A DNA stretch of 64,000 nt from Sphaerodactylus townsendi (lineage: Eukaryota). The stretch spans positions 868,001 to 932,000 of the forward strand of contig NW_025950341.1 of NCBI RefSeq assembly GCF_021028975.2. The letters run 5' to 3'. Below are positions 50,780 to 63,665 of the stretch, one piece after another. How positions within the stretch are numbered: position 1 is the first letter of the stretch; each line of letters opens with the position of its first letter. The notes below the pieces were generated by a model. That model did not search any database. It had not been told where the DNA came from and saw only the letters and a program-made list of their open reading frames with translations. Both the position numbers and the translations under genes were made by a program.

Positions 50780-51395
50780 CTGCCTGCTGCCTCCTCCTAT
50801 GTCCCCAGCAGTCTTCCTCTAGGTCCTTCCCGACTCCGCCACACTACCCCATCATGGTTTCCACAGTCCTTCCTCACAGAGGAATGGCTGCAGAGGCCCT
50901 GCTGGGGTGGCAGGGCAGGGGAATTCTCAGGTTCAGGATTCCCCCAGTTATCAGGGTCCTCTGACTCTGGCATCCCCCACCCACGCTGTCCCAGCATGGT
51001 CTCCATAGTCCTTGTGGAGGCCATACTGGGGCAGCAGAATCCAGGTGTGGAAATCCACCTGGTATTGACTGCCTCATCATGGCCTCTGCAGCCCTTCTTC
51101 GGTGAGGAAGGGCTGCAGAGTCTGCACTGGGGCAGCAAAGTCTGGGCATGGAAATCCTCAGGAAATCCTGCCATTCCAGTGTGGCTTCCACAGAATTTTA
51201 CCTGTTATCTGTGATGGTAGATCTGTGATGGCTCATTCACACAAATCCACCATCTGGAATCCACTGCCCCAGCAGGGTTTCTGTAGCCCTTCCTCAGTGT
51301 AGAAGGGCTGTGAAGGCTGCAATAGGGCGGGTGAGTGTTTCTTGGCTAGGTGCCCCCCTCCACTTGCACAGCCCCAGCGCAGCTTTCACAGCCCA
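50780..51395. repeat. GC-rich nested direct/inverted repeat, probably a DNA-element interior
   Basis: Recurrent CCAGCATGGT.TCCA.AG and GAAGGGCTGCAG / CTGCAGCCCTTC motifs. Confidence 0.5.
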
Positions 51396-51938
51396 AATTT
51401 CTCCCTTAATTTCAACAATCTATTTCTTTTCCTGTTGAGGAATCTGGATCAGTTTTGAATCAATTCCATTTGGATCAAAGGGAAATTTGAAGAAAAGACA
51501 GAAAGGAATAGAGGGACTGCAATATTTCAGAATTTCACCCTTCAGATGCTCAGAGGCAGTCAATAAAGAGATCAGCACAGAAAGTAAAAATATTTCCACA
51601 AAATAAGTGTAAAAGAAGAGGATTCATTTAAAATGTTTTCAGGCTGAAAATAAAACATTCTGGAGGGGAAAGGGAGAACTCCATAGAGGAAACATTTTAT
51701 TTCCTGCCTCAAAATGTTTTATTTTGGTTGTGTGGAAAGGGGTCAAGCCTTCTTCCCAAACCTTCCTAGAGCACTATCACCACCCCAGTGGTATGTAACA
51801 TGAAACAACAAAATTAAAAAGGGTGCATTGACTTCTCTTTAAAAGAGCCTTCATTTTAAAAGAGAAAAATGAGAACAAGAGTAATCAATGACTATACCCA
51901 AAAAAATTATTTTAGGAAAAAGAACCTCATAACTACAC

Positions 51939-52138
51939 TGTCCTGACTTGAATGGCCCAGGCTAGCCTGAAGCTCACCAGCACTCAGAAGTTAAACAGCG
52001 TTGGTGCTGGCTAGTTCTCGGATGGGAGACCACCAAGGAATACCAGGACCGCTGTGTAGAGGAGAGCAGTCAAACCACATCTGTTAGTCTCTTGCAATTG
52101 TGTTGCCATAAGTCAGCTGCAAGTTAGTGGCAGTTTAC
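51939..52138 (+). mobile_element. 5S rRNA-headed SINE
   Basis: CTCAGAAGTTAAACAG...CTGGCTAGTTCTCGGATGGGAGACCACCAAGGAATACC is 5S-like; tail GTTGCCATAAGTCAGCTGCAA. Confidence 0.8.
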
Positions 52139-54587
52139 AGTCCTTAAACTCTCTGCTTGATTAAACCATCTTTCCATTAGCTGTACTCTCTTGGTAGATC
52201 TACTTCCAGTCAGCCCGCATTGCATAATTATGCAGCTGCTGACATGGCAGATTATAGGCTGATTAATTGCATCAAATTTTATCTGCAAAGAGTCTCTTTA
52301 TAAGAACCTTCAAGTATCATCAAGGCTGAGACTAAGTACATATTTGAATATTCTCCACAATTCTGTAATGGCAAACATGCTGATCTCATTCATCTAACCA
52401 TTACGATTGATCCAGAGAAAGAGAAAGAAAAATGTCATCTTAATGTAAATATATCTCTAAGTATATAACTCCACACACGTACACACACATCAGTGAAGTC
52501 ACTGTGCATTGGTCAGATTTTCATAAGATAATCATTAGACATAAAAGAAAATGTAGCCCTCTAATTGGTCCAAGCTTGTAATTATACCAATGATTTTGGA
52601 CTGCCAGCATTTCCATGATCAACAAATGTAGAATAAACTCTTGTACTACTTTTTGGTCAAAACATTTTTTTTTAAATTCAAGATGAACCTTGTGTTTTAA
52701 AAGGTTGTTAGTATTTTGGCACAAAAAAGAGGCTCATGTTGAAAAGTTTCCTTCCTTCCTTTTCTTTTTCTCCTCCTCCTTCTTAACTTGTTTCTGTAAT
52801 CAAAATATGCATGAACATTTCCACTGAACCTGAATCTTGGGTCACAGAAGGGCAAACCCTAGAGACATGGCTCTAAAAAAATGTTACTGTTGACATACTC
52901 ACAGGAGAAACAGGGAAAAGAGTGTGCTCCTTAAAGGCCATTGAAGTTTGATGGAAGATTGACAGATAAAAAGTTTAGGGGTAAAGGGAAAAAATCTAAG
53001 TGGGTGGAAATAAGGCACGATCCACTTATCAGAATCATTCATTTGGCTTTAACTTTGGTATGTTCAATAGTTTGTGCTGGGATGCCATGTCCCAAAATTC
53101 CCAATGAGGACTTCTTTCCACCAAGCTAAGGAGGTCTAGTACTCCATTCCATGGAGTGTGGTGTCTTAGGTGAGACACCAAATGTACAGCAGCCACGCAC
53201 ATAAACTTATGGCTGGCCATGCATAATCTAAAGTGTACCCTCTTGACAGATCCTAAGGAAAACTCTCCACGCAGGTTTCCTTAAAGCCTTGTGCCTTACA
53301 CAGTCTTGGCTGCTCTCCTTTTTCATATCTAAGATGTATTCATGTCAGTCCCGTGCCTTTTCAGTAATTCAGCACGAGTATCCAGCATCACCACCTCAAT
53401 ACACACTTGTCCTTTTCTTGTAGAAAAGAATTCTTGGATCTCATAAAATCTAATCAAATGGATAGATTTTTATGATTGATATGCATACAAGTGTATCAAA
53501 TTTGACTCTGCCTGATTATAGTACACATGACAATGAGGGTCTGCCACTGAAGAACTTAACAACAAATAATATTAGAGCAATATAGAAGAATAATGCCGAA
53601 GGTAAACCATTATTAACCAAACAATCAGGAAGCACATGAGTATGGAGACAGTTTAATTATATTGTTGCAGAAGATGTAATAGCAACATTGCCTCATCATA
53701 CATAGTTCTACTGCTATCATTAGTTTTTATTAGTGCACAACATTACATCTTAGTTTATGACAGGCTGTAATGGAACTCAAAGCTACTCCTCCCTATTGAC
53801 CAATAACCCAGCTAAGGCAAACAATAAAAAACAGACTTAAAAGATGAGAGTCTAACTAAATGCTGCTGAACAGATTGCAGTTCCTGTTCTACACCTGACA
53901 GTACAGCTGCAGTGAGTTCCTTGGGACTGAACAAAGCTATCCCCAGAAGAAGCAGCAGAATGATTTGCTGAGTTTTTTTGGCAAAGACTTGGCTTTCCCA
54001 AACCCAGTTCCAGCACTGGTTTGGGAAGGTCAGAACAGCATTAGAGTCATTTTCTAGCAAAGCTGATCCAGTATTTCAGTTTCAAAGCACAAAAGTTCAT
54101 GCAGAACTACTGCCATAGATGACCCCATGTTAGATCTTGATCAATAAACAGACTCTGGACTGTTGATCAATAGCATTTATTGGAAAGGAAAGGAAACACT
54201 CAGCTTGCAAGAAGCCAGTTTTACCAGACCTGGCTTTTGCGACCCTCTTTATCCAGAAACAATCCCCCCTCCCATTTTCCCAAAGAATGTGAGAAAGAGT
54301 TACATTGGAGCCTAAGCACCCCAAGGTCATGGCAGATAGTGATAAAACCACCTGGCCTCCTACCCCCACAGAACAGCGGAAACATCTCATTTCCCATGGG
54401 AGTAGAGAGTGTCAGGGATAAGCCTAGTTATCTACCAAGCATGTGAAACCATAAAAGTAAGATCAAGGAAAGAATGTTCCATTACCACAGTGGTAACGTT
54501 TAGCAGGCAGGAATGCATCTCAATCACCCAGATACAATCACTGTCTATATATTATGTAACCATGGCATGGAGTTAGAAATGCATCTC

Positions 54588-55177
54588 TGTGAAATTGAAG
54601 GCCTCTGCGGGGGTTACGCCAAAGAGGAAAGAGGCGAGATCTTGAGAGAATGTATCATCCGGTGGAAAGAGTCAGGCAGCGAGGAAAGAGTAGATCCGAT
54701 GGATCTGGCAACTCTGCCGTCGCGTAGTCCCTGGCACCGTTTATTGGGGTTTCAATGGGTGCGTATATGGGAGAGCAGGAGAGCGGGGAGAATATCATAT
54801 GATACATTGACTGACATCATGTGGGGTTGCCCTACGTGCTATGGGAGGAAGCGTTCGCGTCTGGAGTCTAATCAATCCCATGCCTGCAGGGGCAAAGCGC
54901 CCCTTTGTCCCTTTGTCTGGGACACCTGAGGTGACCCGTCGGAGTCCAGGTAGTTCATGACCTGTGACTCACGGGGGTCTGGGAGGATGGTGGTGAAAAT
55001 GCGTGAATGCGCCCAGAAGGGCATGAAGATGCCAATGGCACAGGCATTCCTGCGCTCTTTCTGAGGCTCTGCTGGGTTCGCGGGGCTCATCCCTACACAT
55101 CTCAATCAACTAGGTGCCATCCCTGACACTCTAAGAAGGGAATTACAGAAGGCACGTGTATACAAGGCAGGTTCACA
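54588..55177 (-). mobile_element. Probable young solo LTR
   Basis: Inverted ends TGTGAA...TTCACA; abrupt CpG-rich block; minus-strand AATAAA at 54740-45; no clear TSD. Confidence 0.5.
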
Positions 55178-55369
55178 CATGCATGGTCATTACTGACAAA
55201 ACACCATGAGTTTGTGTGAATGAGCCGTCACAGATCTACCGTCACAGATAACAGGTACAATTCTTCCAACAGGGGTTTGTTCAATGGATTTAGATCACAT
55301 ATTCCTCAAAGCTACCATAGTCAACAGCAGAGAAACTCAGTAAAGTACAGGCATATATAAATGAGGGTT

Positions 55370-57424
55370 TAAAGCCCCAGGAAATGACTTCATGCCACCA
55401 GAATTACTGAAATCCAATGCAGAATGGTGGGCACATTGTTGTGAAACTTTTCCATATTGTACGCACGAGTCGCATTCCATCTGGTTGCTGGGCCGCATAA
55501 TTATCGTTCCCATTTTAAAAAGGTTTGTCCACAAGAACCCGGCTGATGAATAATTAGCCTTCTTAATGTCACGAGCAAACTTTATACTAAATATCTGAGT
55601 ACAAAACTTTTAGAATGGATGGATAGGGAAAATATATTGGCAGATGAACAGGGAGGCAGGCTTCATAAAGGCGGTCGACAATGGACCAGTGCTAATACTT
55701 AACTATTTGATAGAAATATGTAAATATTAAAAGGATCTCTATTTGCAGCCTTCGGTGACCTTAGAGGCACAACATTTGTACGGTAATATCACGTGGCCCG
55801 ACTATGGATCAAAACTAGTGAAAACTATTGATAGGCGTCTCCTCATCTAATTATCAAGTTACCGCGAAAATACAACTTTGTACGGAATAAGGTTTAGCAT
55901 GATGGCGAACTAACAGCACCCATTCCTACCAAGAAAGGGGTGAGGAGGCAGAATTGTCATAGCTCCTCATTTATTTAACATCTGAATGTTAATACACTTA
56001 TAACTGCATTTCAAGGGGCGAATACCCGCATACCTTCCACTTTACCCACAATAAAAGAATAGCCATTCTTGTATGCGAAGTGATGCAGTGGTATTATCTC
56101 TTACAAAGGGTGGGACTGAAGAGCACTGAGATTTTTTTTGACCAAAAGTGCACAGAAGAACTGTTAAAAACATCAATTATACCAAGACTAAGATAGTGCA
56201 CTTCAGCTTACTAAACTCAAAGAGATCTAAATGGCAGCTGAAAGGGCAACAGATAGAGCAAACAAAATGTTTCAAATATCTAGAATTGGTGTACCAATAC
56301 AATGGGAAGCCACAGCCCACATGTGCCAATCAGTTATTCAATCGACTCAAAGAGGTTTCACCTTGAGCAATCTTGAGTTTTTTTTTTTTGGCTCACAGAG
56401 GCAGTTCATCCCAAAATTGAAGTTAGACTGTTTGGGGCCCGAAGGCAGCCCAATTGACCTATAGTGCTCGTTAGCAATGATTCCAGATTTTATTGCCTTT
56501 GAGTCCCTATCGATTTTCTAAGATACTTGTTTTAATACACGAAATGTACAGCCAATGGTATTAAGGCAAAGAAGCAGGGATAGCCAAAGTCGAGACCATC
56601 TTTTGGAAATTAACCATCAAATACTGGCTTAAAGTACTTTCCTGTCCCCGAGGAGTTAATGCCTTCATTGATGGCGGCAGCTTACCCTACCCTGGATGGC
56701 TAGAAAAGAGATTACATCAAAACTCAGACAGTGTGGTCTTGATCAATGCAACTTTGGAGATTAAGAGTAGCAGAGCAATGGGTATGGTCCTGGCGTCATT
56801 ACTGACATTGAGTTGCAAACAGATTTCCCCGGCTACCTGTCCTGTAAACCACTAAAATCATGGATAGGTATTTCGAAACACGCACATACATCTATCCATA
56901 ACATCAACAAGAAGCCCGATGGAGCTTTCTAGGAGCTTCGCCGATGCCTTCCATCAGCTAATCTGATGGGGCGATTCCCAAAAAACATTCAAGGCACCAC
57001 AGGAGAACCTGTGTGTCGCGGCTCAGAAGTAGACTCAATGTCACATATCTTGCACCACGCGGTTACGCAGGGATGAAGGCTGTTGATCAACCATTGTTAA
57101 CTTCGTCATGTATATCCATTCATAGATAACTCGGATACGAATTCTGTAAGAATATTATTAGAAGATCGTGTTTCTGCCATCTCACAGAAGGTAGCTAAAT
57201 TTTGCATACTGGTACACAACAAGCGTAGTTCCTTATTAAAACAAAGAGCCGCACTGTGTGATGAGGACTGTAATAATGCCTGAAGCTAATGTTATTTATT
57301 AATAGATTTTATAATGGATTTTAATTTATATTATATTTTTGTATAAGTGGAGTGCTATGTATTCACATGTACTCTGATTTTAAACTATTGGCTGGCCAAA
57401 AGGCCGTAATAATAAATATCTATC
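55370..57424 (+). mobile_element. 5'-truncated RTE-X-like LINE with frameshifted RT domain
   Basis: KAPGNDFMPPELLK, IIVPI, AGF, LFAAF.DL, KGVR and LYA..DAV (YADD-like) motifs across shifting frames; 3' GGCCGTAAT AATAAA(TATC)n; perfect 14-bp TSD TATAAATGAGGGTT (55356-69, 57425-38). Confidence 0.9.
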
Positions 57425-58177
57425 TATAAATGAGGGTTCCATGACTCAGCTACTAGACACTGAAGCCTTGGTTCACACACACATGTGCAACACTTGATTC
57501 TTGTACTCTTGATGTTTCAAGTGGCTCCTTTGAAAAGCACTGCATTGGAGGTAATCTTAGAAGACATAACTTTTCTCTATGTGACAGCGACTTACTCCAT
57601 GTAATTACTGTAATACAGCAGCCCTCAAGTGATGGGACTGAATGTGTGATACAGCTGGAGACGGTTTCACATTTCTCATTCCTGCTATTTCAAGTTGAAC
57701 ATTCCCATTTTGCTCCCACTTCTCCTTTAAGCACATTGTACACTATGGCCTACTTCCTCATACTGCATTTTCTCCACAGAACTATGTATTTTAAGTGTTA
57801 TTTATGCATCAGCAAATTAGTGTTTCACTTTATAGTATACATACAAACTAGGGTTATATATAGGGCATACAAATGCCACATGAAACCATACGAAATCTAC
57901 ACAAGGTGATAAAAAGCATCAATTAGAGAACTCAAATTGTTGACAAAAATATTAGCAAGTAGAAAAAGAAACTAAACGTGGAATATTTGCTCAGCCTTAG
58001 ATCTACCGTAGCCCCTTTTGTTCACCAACCAAGACATGGAACATCATGTCTTAACTAACCTCGTGTGCATCTATGCATGGGGATTTACTTATCGAATTTG
58101 TCACACTTAGTAGGGAAAAAAAGCTGTAAAATATTGTTGAGACTTTCTCCAATATTTGTGGGATAATGGTTACAAGT

Positions 58178-58441
58178 GCGGGTGCAATGGTTAAGAATGG
58201 TAGACTCTAATTTGGAGAATTGGGTTTGATCTCCATTCCTCCACATGAGTGAACTGGCTCTGTTTTCCCACTCCTACACATGAAGCCTGCTGGGTGACCT
58301 TGGGCTAATTACAAGTCTCCCTACCTACCCCTCCTATCTTACAAGGTGTCTGTTGTAGGGAGAGGAAGGGAACGAGTTTGTAAGCCTGAGACTTCTTACA
58401 AGAGAGAAAAGTGATATATAAATCCAAACTCTTCTTCTTCT
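58178..58441 (+). mobile_element. Squam3-like SINE
   Basis: A/B boxes, GCTGGGTGACCTTGGGCTA core, AAATCCAAACT(CTT)n tail. Confidence 0.85.
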
Positions 58442-59190
58442 GCTTTTCATTGTATCAAAACCATCCTTCAAAATTGCCTTGCTGTCCTTTCTAATGTTCT
58501 CTGTGTAGATAAGTGTCCAAACTGTACTAGAAAAGTCTTTTTTATTTATATCCCTCATTCCTTTACAGTGAAAACTCAATAAAACATGTGAACATAAACA
58601 AGACATGCTTGTATGTGGTGTCATCAATCAATATCAAGTATGTCCTTTATTCAATGAAAACTCTGAGCACAAAGTCTAAGGAAAAAATAATAAATGCCTA
58701 CAATCTGTGTTGTTTTTGGACTTTGGGGTATTACTAAGATTTAAAAGAGAAATAATAAAGTTTACATAGTCTAAATTGACCAGCTGCAAATATTAAAGGC
58801 TTATGTTTGCAGACCTGAATAGCTCCGTGATTTCTGTTAAATAAAATGATAAATCATTCAGGAACAGGCTTAATGTAAACTGGCTCAGAGATAATGTTAG
58901 ACAGAGAATCTGGCTGGGTGGTGGACAATTGGAATTAAATTTCCAAAGAGTCTGAAAATAAACAAGTATTTGATTTTATATACCAACATGAAGAAATAAG
59001 GTGAATCACAAAACAAAAATTAAAGCTGAAGATAGAATGATTAGAAATTTATTGATGTTTTGTTGGGGTGTTCTCAAGCCTCCTGAGAAATATGAGTAAT
59101 TAAAACTTCTGTAGTTTCCTTTGAAATTTCACAGTTCTTCTGTTCAACCTATAGATACCTGAAAGTTTGCCCAAAATGACATGTGTTGGC

Positions 59191-59840
59191 CATTGAAATG
59201 CAAACAGATTTCCCCTTGTTACCGGTGTTATATAAACCATTAAAATCTTGGACAGGTATCTCGGCTGCCCCTTACCTGTCCAATATAACATCTACGAAAT
59301 GCCGCTGGGCCTTTTCCAGGGCCCGTTTTGATGCTTTTCCATCAGCCAATCTAATGGGCAGATTTCAAAAAAATTCATGACATAGGAGACTATGTGTTTG
59401 CAACTCAGGGGAAGTGGACTCTGTATTATATATTTTATTGCATTGTGAACTCCATAAAGGGGAAAGGGAGGCTTTAATTCATCCATTGTTTATCGAGTAC
59501 AGAAATTTAACTAGAGTTAATTCCGATTCAGTTCTTGTGAGAATTTTGCTGGAAGACCGAGTTTCTCTTATAATATCTCAGCTTAGGTAGCTTCAAATTT
59601 TTGTATGAGTGGCATATAGTAAGAGAAGAAGTCATGTTTTGGGACCAAAGAGCCAGACCACATGAGAGGGTGTTTGACCCGTGAAAATAATGCTACAAGC
59701 TGATGATGTTCTTTGTGTGGATTTCTGTATTGTGGATTTCTGTACAAATTCGGTTTTTTCTTTTGTTTATTGTTCTTCCTTTTTCTTGTTCTTCTCTATT
59801 CTTTTTTGCTGGCCTAATGGCCGTAATAAAACTGACTGAC
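59191..59840 (+). mobile_element. RTE-X-like LINE 3' fragment (relative of 55370-57424)
   Basis: RWAFSRARFDAFPSANLMGRF; GCTGGCCTAATGGCCGTAATAAA(ACTG)n; perfect 14-bp TSD TGACATGTGTTGGC (59177-90, 59841-54). Confidence 0.9.
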
Positions 59841-60772
59841 TGACATGTGTTGGCAACCCGAGGCCTTCTGAGAAATTTTGCCATCATTCATCAAAACTGA
59901 GATCTCAGTACACATTTCTTGGATGCTTTGCTTAAGCATGGCTCTTCAAATATGTTTCAGATTTCCTCTGGAAGAAATTCCATGGCAACACTAATATTTT
60001 TTGTGACATCACCAGAGGACACTTGAGGTGCAGTTCACCTGTAAACAACCATCACCATAAATCCTGTGCATTTCCAAAATGGCTAAAATTAATGATGTAT
60101 TTGCTAAACAGCTGCCTCTCCCCCAAGCTAAAAAAATGTAAATGGTGTGAACTCTAAAGATGCAGCAACTATTGGCGCAATCAGCTTGGATTTGCTCTGT
60201 ACAATAATGTCTGCTCTTTTCCACCCATCTCTTCCCCTTGTTACTGAGCCTTGGCACCTTGGAGAAAATGAGTGCACAGCAGATGAGTGGAATATAGGTT
60301 CTTCTTGTAGCTTACAATCCAGGAGACCAATGGAAGAGGTTCCAACACATCTTTACCATCTGCATGCAAATTACCATCCCATTTCAGTCTCAGTTGCTGA
60401 ATGTAGCACAAAGGGGATAAGGTTCACAGTGGAAGAGATTGTAGCTCAGGATGGTCCTGACACCTGAGATGCTGTTCCCTTTGTGAGGAAGGGGAAAAGT
60501 TGCCTCTAAGACTGGATCTCTGTATGGCTGTATATTACACTATCATTCGCCTCTTGGATTTTTCCAGTCTACGCCAAGAAATCGAGCAAGTCAATAATTA
60601 TGGGTTGTACTACTTCCATATGCAGGGATTTACGGATACTAACTTTCTAGCAATTCTTCTAAAGGTTACAATGAAGAAGTAAAACAAAAATATGCAGGCA
60701 GTCAATGTAATCCAACAGCTGCTGGTCATTGAAAGGATGCATCAAAATGCTCTTGTGCACAACACCAAAAAG

Positions 60773-60950
60773 ATGAAGAAGAGGAGTTAGGATTTATACC
60801 TCCCTTTTCTCAATTGTAAGGAATCTCTAAGAGGCTTACAAACTCCTTTCCCTTCCTTTCCACACAACAGGCACCTTGCAAGGTAGGTGGTGCTGGAAGA
60901 GTTCTGAGAGAACTGTGACTAGCCCAAGACCACCCGGCAGGCTTCATATG
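60773..60950 (-). mobile_element. Squam3-like SINE 3' part
   Basis: GAAGAAGAGGAGTTAGGATTTATACC...TGTGACTAGCCCAAG. Confidence 0.8.
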
Positions 60951-61859
60951 TCAATTTAACCACCCAAACAAACATGAGCTGGGGGATACCACCTCTCCTT
61001 CAATGAATGAGATGATTTTGATCCTGAATTTTTTACTCAAAGACCCTCAGGGCAGTTCATAATAAATTATACTACACACAAGCTAAACCGAATAACAGTT
61101 AAAAGCACAGGTGAATGAACCCCAATAGGTTTGTTCCAGCATCAATCTAATTCTGGTCAAGAAACATTTAATTTGTTCTGGAAGGCCTGCAGGGCTAGTA
61201 CAGACCTCAGCTACAGTGGGAAAGTTCCACAATTTTGTGTAATTTTGTGTAAGGCGATTGAAAGGACCTTTTCTATGGGTCACAAACAAGTTAACTTTAC
61301 TAAGAATGATTTCTGCAGGAAGACACCATGAATGGACCTTAGAGCCCTGGCAGGCTGATGCAGGCTGAGGCTATCCATCAGATACTCTGGACCCAAGTGG
61401 TATATGCTTTAAAGGTCAAAAGCAGCACTTTAAATTGAGCCTGGGAAGAAAGGGGAAGGCAATACAGTTGAGTTATGCCCACATTTATGCTGGCTTTATA
61501 GCAATCTCATGCATCATAATGCATGCATTCCGATTACCAGTCTTCTTGTTTTAGCCTTTTACTTGTTTTCAAGCTCTTTTGAGTAAGAAGAGTGAAAGTG
61601 ACTATTCCTCAGTCCCTGATAGTGGACATGTTTATTACATTTTTTTTGTATCATTCTAATATAATTCAAAGCCATAATTATCATTTAAATTATGGTTACT
61701 ATGTTTTATTCAGTGAAATTTTGGAGGTTTTTTTATTTTATAACCATTAATGGCATAGGTAAAAAGAATAAAAATGATTTTTTAAAAATTGAATCAGTTA
61801 TTTGGTTTAGATGTACTGCAGAGGACCTGCAGAGTTTCCACAGGGCCAGTAGGATGGAC

Positions 61860-62098
61860 CAGGCATTTGGTCAGCCTGGTTAAGAACATTGCTACCATTC
61901 CATCTGGCCTCACGTGGGCACAAGGGTGGGGAGGGGGGAGGATTATGACGCCATCTAATGCTATATCGTTCATGGTTTTATTGAGTGATATTTCGTTTTT
62001 TATGCTGTTTTTTAAAGCTGTATTTTATATTATGGTTGTTCACCACCCTGAGCCCCTCGGGGAGGGTGGTCTATAAGCCCGAATAGATTAGATTAGAC
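61860..62098 (+). mobile_element. L2 3' end
   Basis: AGGCATTTGGT...GTTCACCACCCTGAGCCCCTCGGGGAGGGTGGTCTATAA plus (GATTA)n tail. Confidence 0.7.
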
Positions 62099-62105
62099 AG
62101 ACTTG

Positions 62106-62520
62106 GGCCCTTTCTGCACGGGCCATTTACAGCGGCCCAGGGACGGCAAAAATGCTGTCCCTGGGCAGCTGTTCGCACAGGCCCCAAGCGGCGTGAAGGC
62201 GCCGCTTTCCACCTCCCTTCCTGAGGGAGGTTTTTTGAAAGCGCTGCCTTCCCATCGCTGCTTTCCCGTCCCCCCCCCAACTCACCTCGTCCTCCAGCGT
62301 CAGTCTGGAGGGCTGCTGAGACCTGCCCACGCTGCCCTCCGACCCCTGGAGGTCACAGGGCAGCATGGGCGGATCCCTGCAGCCCTCCAGACTGACGCTG
62401 GAGGACAAGGTGAGGGGGGGATGCAGAAGAGGCGACTCTGTGCGGAGCCACCTCTTCTGTGCTAGCCTCTGCGGGGGCCGCTTGCATGCTCCCATGCGAA
62501 CGGCCCCCTTCCCTCCACTG
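62106..62520. mobile_element. PIF/Harbinger-like MITE, right end missing
   Basis: Left TIR GGCCCTTTCTGCACGGGCC and subterminal sequence as in 9066; internal hairpin 62271-62420. Confidence 0.85.
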
Positions 62521-62618
62521 GAGAGGCCAGACAGACAGATAAAGAATGTTGGAGTGCAGCCAAGCATATCCCATCTCCTGCTTTATCTGTGCATTTGCAA
62601 ATAAATACCTAATGGATT

Positions 62619-62885
62619 GAGTCCCAGGGCAAAGTGGTGAGCTACAGTACCTCAGTCAAAGCTCTACTCATGACCTGAGTTTGATCCCAAAAGAAGTTGG
62701 ATTCAAATAGCTGGCTCATAACTGATTCAGCCTTTCATCCTTGTCAAGATTGGTAAAATCAGTACCCAGCTTGCTGGAGTAAAGTGTAGATCATTGGGCA
62801 ATGCAGTGGTAAACAATCCTGTAAACATAGTCTGCCCAATGAGTGTTCTGATGGTCAGTATTGACCTAGTGCTATACCTTTTACC
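62619..62885 (+). mobile_element. Sauria SINE
   Basis: TGATTCAGCCTTTCATCCTT...GGTAAAATCAGTACCCAGCTTGCTGG diagnostic block; ACCTTTTACC tail. Confidence 0.85.
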
Positions 62886-63420
62886 GTGTGCTGCAAACTA
62901 GCAACTCCAAGGGAAGGTTTTAGTAGAGTATACTAGAAATTAGTCCTTTTTTGCTGTTAATCCAATGCGCAATCAATGACGACAGAAGACCAGCAGTGTG
63001 ATAAGCATTTATAATTAGATGCCCGACAAAGAAAGAGGGTATCAGACAAACTAGACTAGATTTTAACAGCTATAAAAGAGAGACCAGTTTAATTCACTTG
63101 ATGTCACCTTCTCACACTACATAGCACTCTGATTTCTTGAGCAATGAAATTGTCAGAGACGAGAACGAAAGCTTTGCGAATTTCAAATTATGGAATGTCA
63201 AAATACAGCACACAGATAAAATATGAACAAAAAAATCCTCCTCTAATGCATTAAGTATTTCCTTTAATTATAGTATCTCCATCAGTCTGATGAATTGTGC
63301 ATGAAATAGAGCTGTTACATTTTAGAATACTAAGATCAAACTGGGTAATTGCAATTCCTAACACTGAGATTAAACAGAGTTTTGTAGTTTTGGGTGTTCA
63401 AGGAATGATTGGAAAAAAAG

Positions 63421-63665
63421 AGAAGAAAAGAGTTTGGATTTATACCCTGCTTTTCTCAACTGTAAGGAGCCTCAAAGCAGCTTACAACCACTTTCCCTTC
63501 CCCTCCCCACAACAGACACATTGTGAGGTAGGTGGGGCTGAGAGAGTTCTGAGAGAATTGTGACTAGCCCAAGGACACCTAGCAGGCTTCATGTGGAGGA
63601 CCAGGGAAACAATTCCATTTAACCAGATAAGAGTCCTCCACTCTTAACCAATATATTACACTGCT
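63421..63665 (-). mobile_element. Squam3-like SINE
   Basis: AGAAGAAAAGAGTTTGGATTTATACC tail; ACTCTTAACCA head. Confidence 0.85.

Noticed and set aside
51939-52045. Functional 5S rRNA gene
   Set aside because: Diverged, altered 5' end and fused to a SINE tail; the same holds for 29378 and 35790
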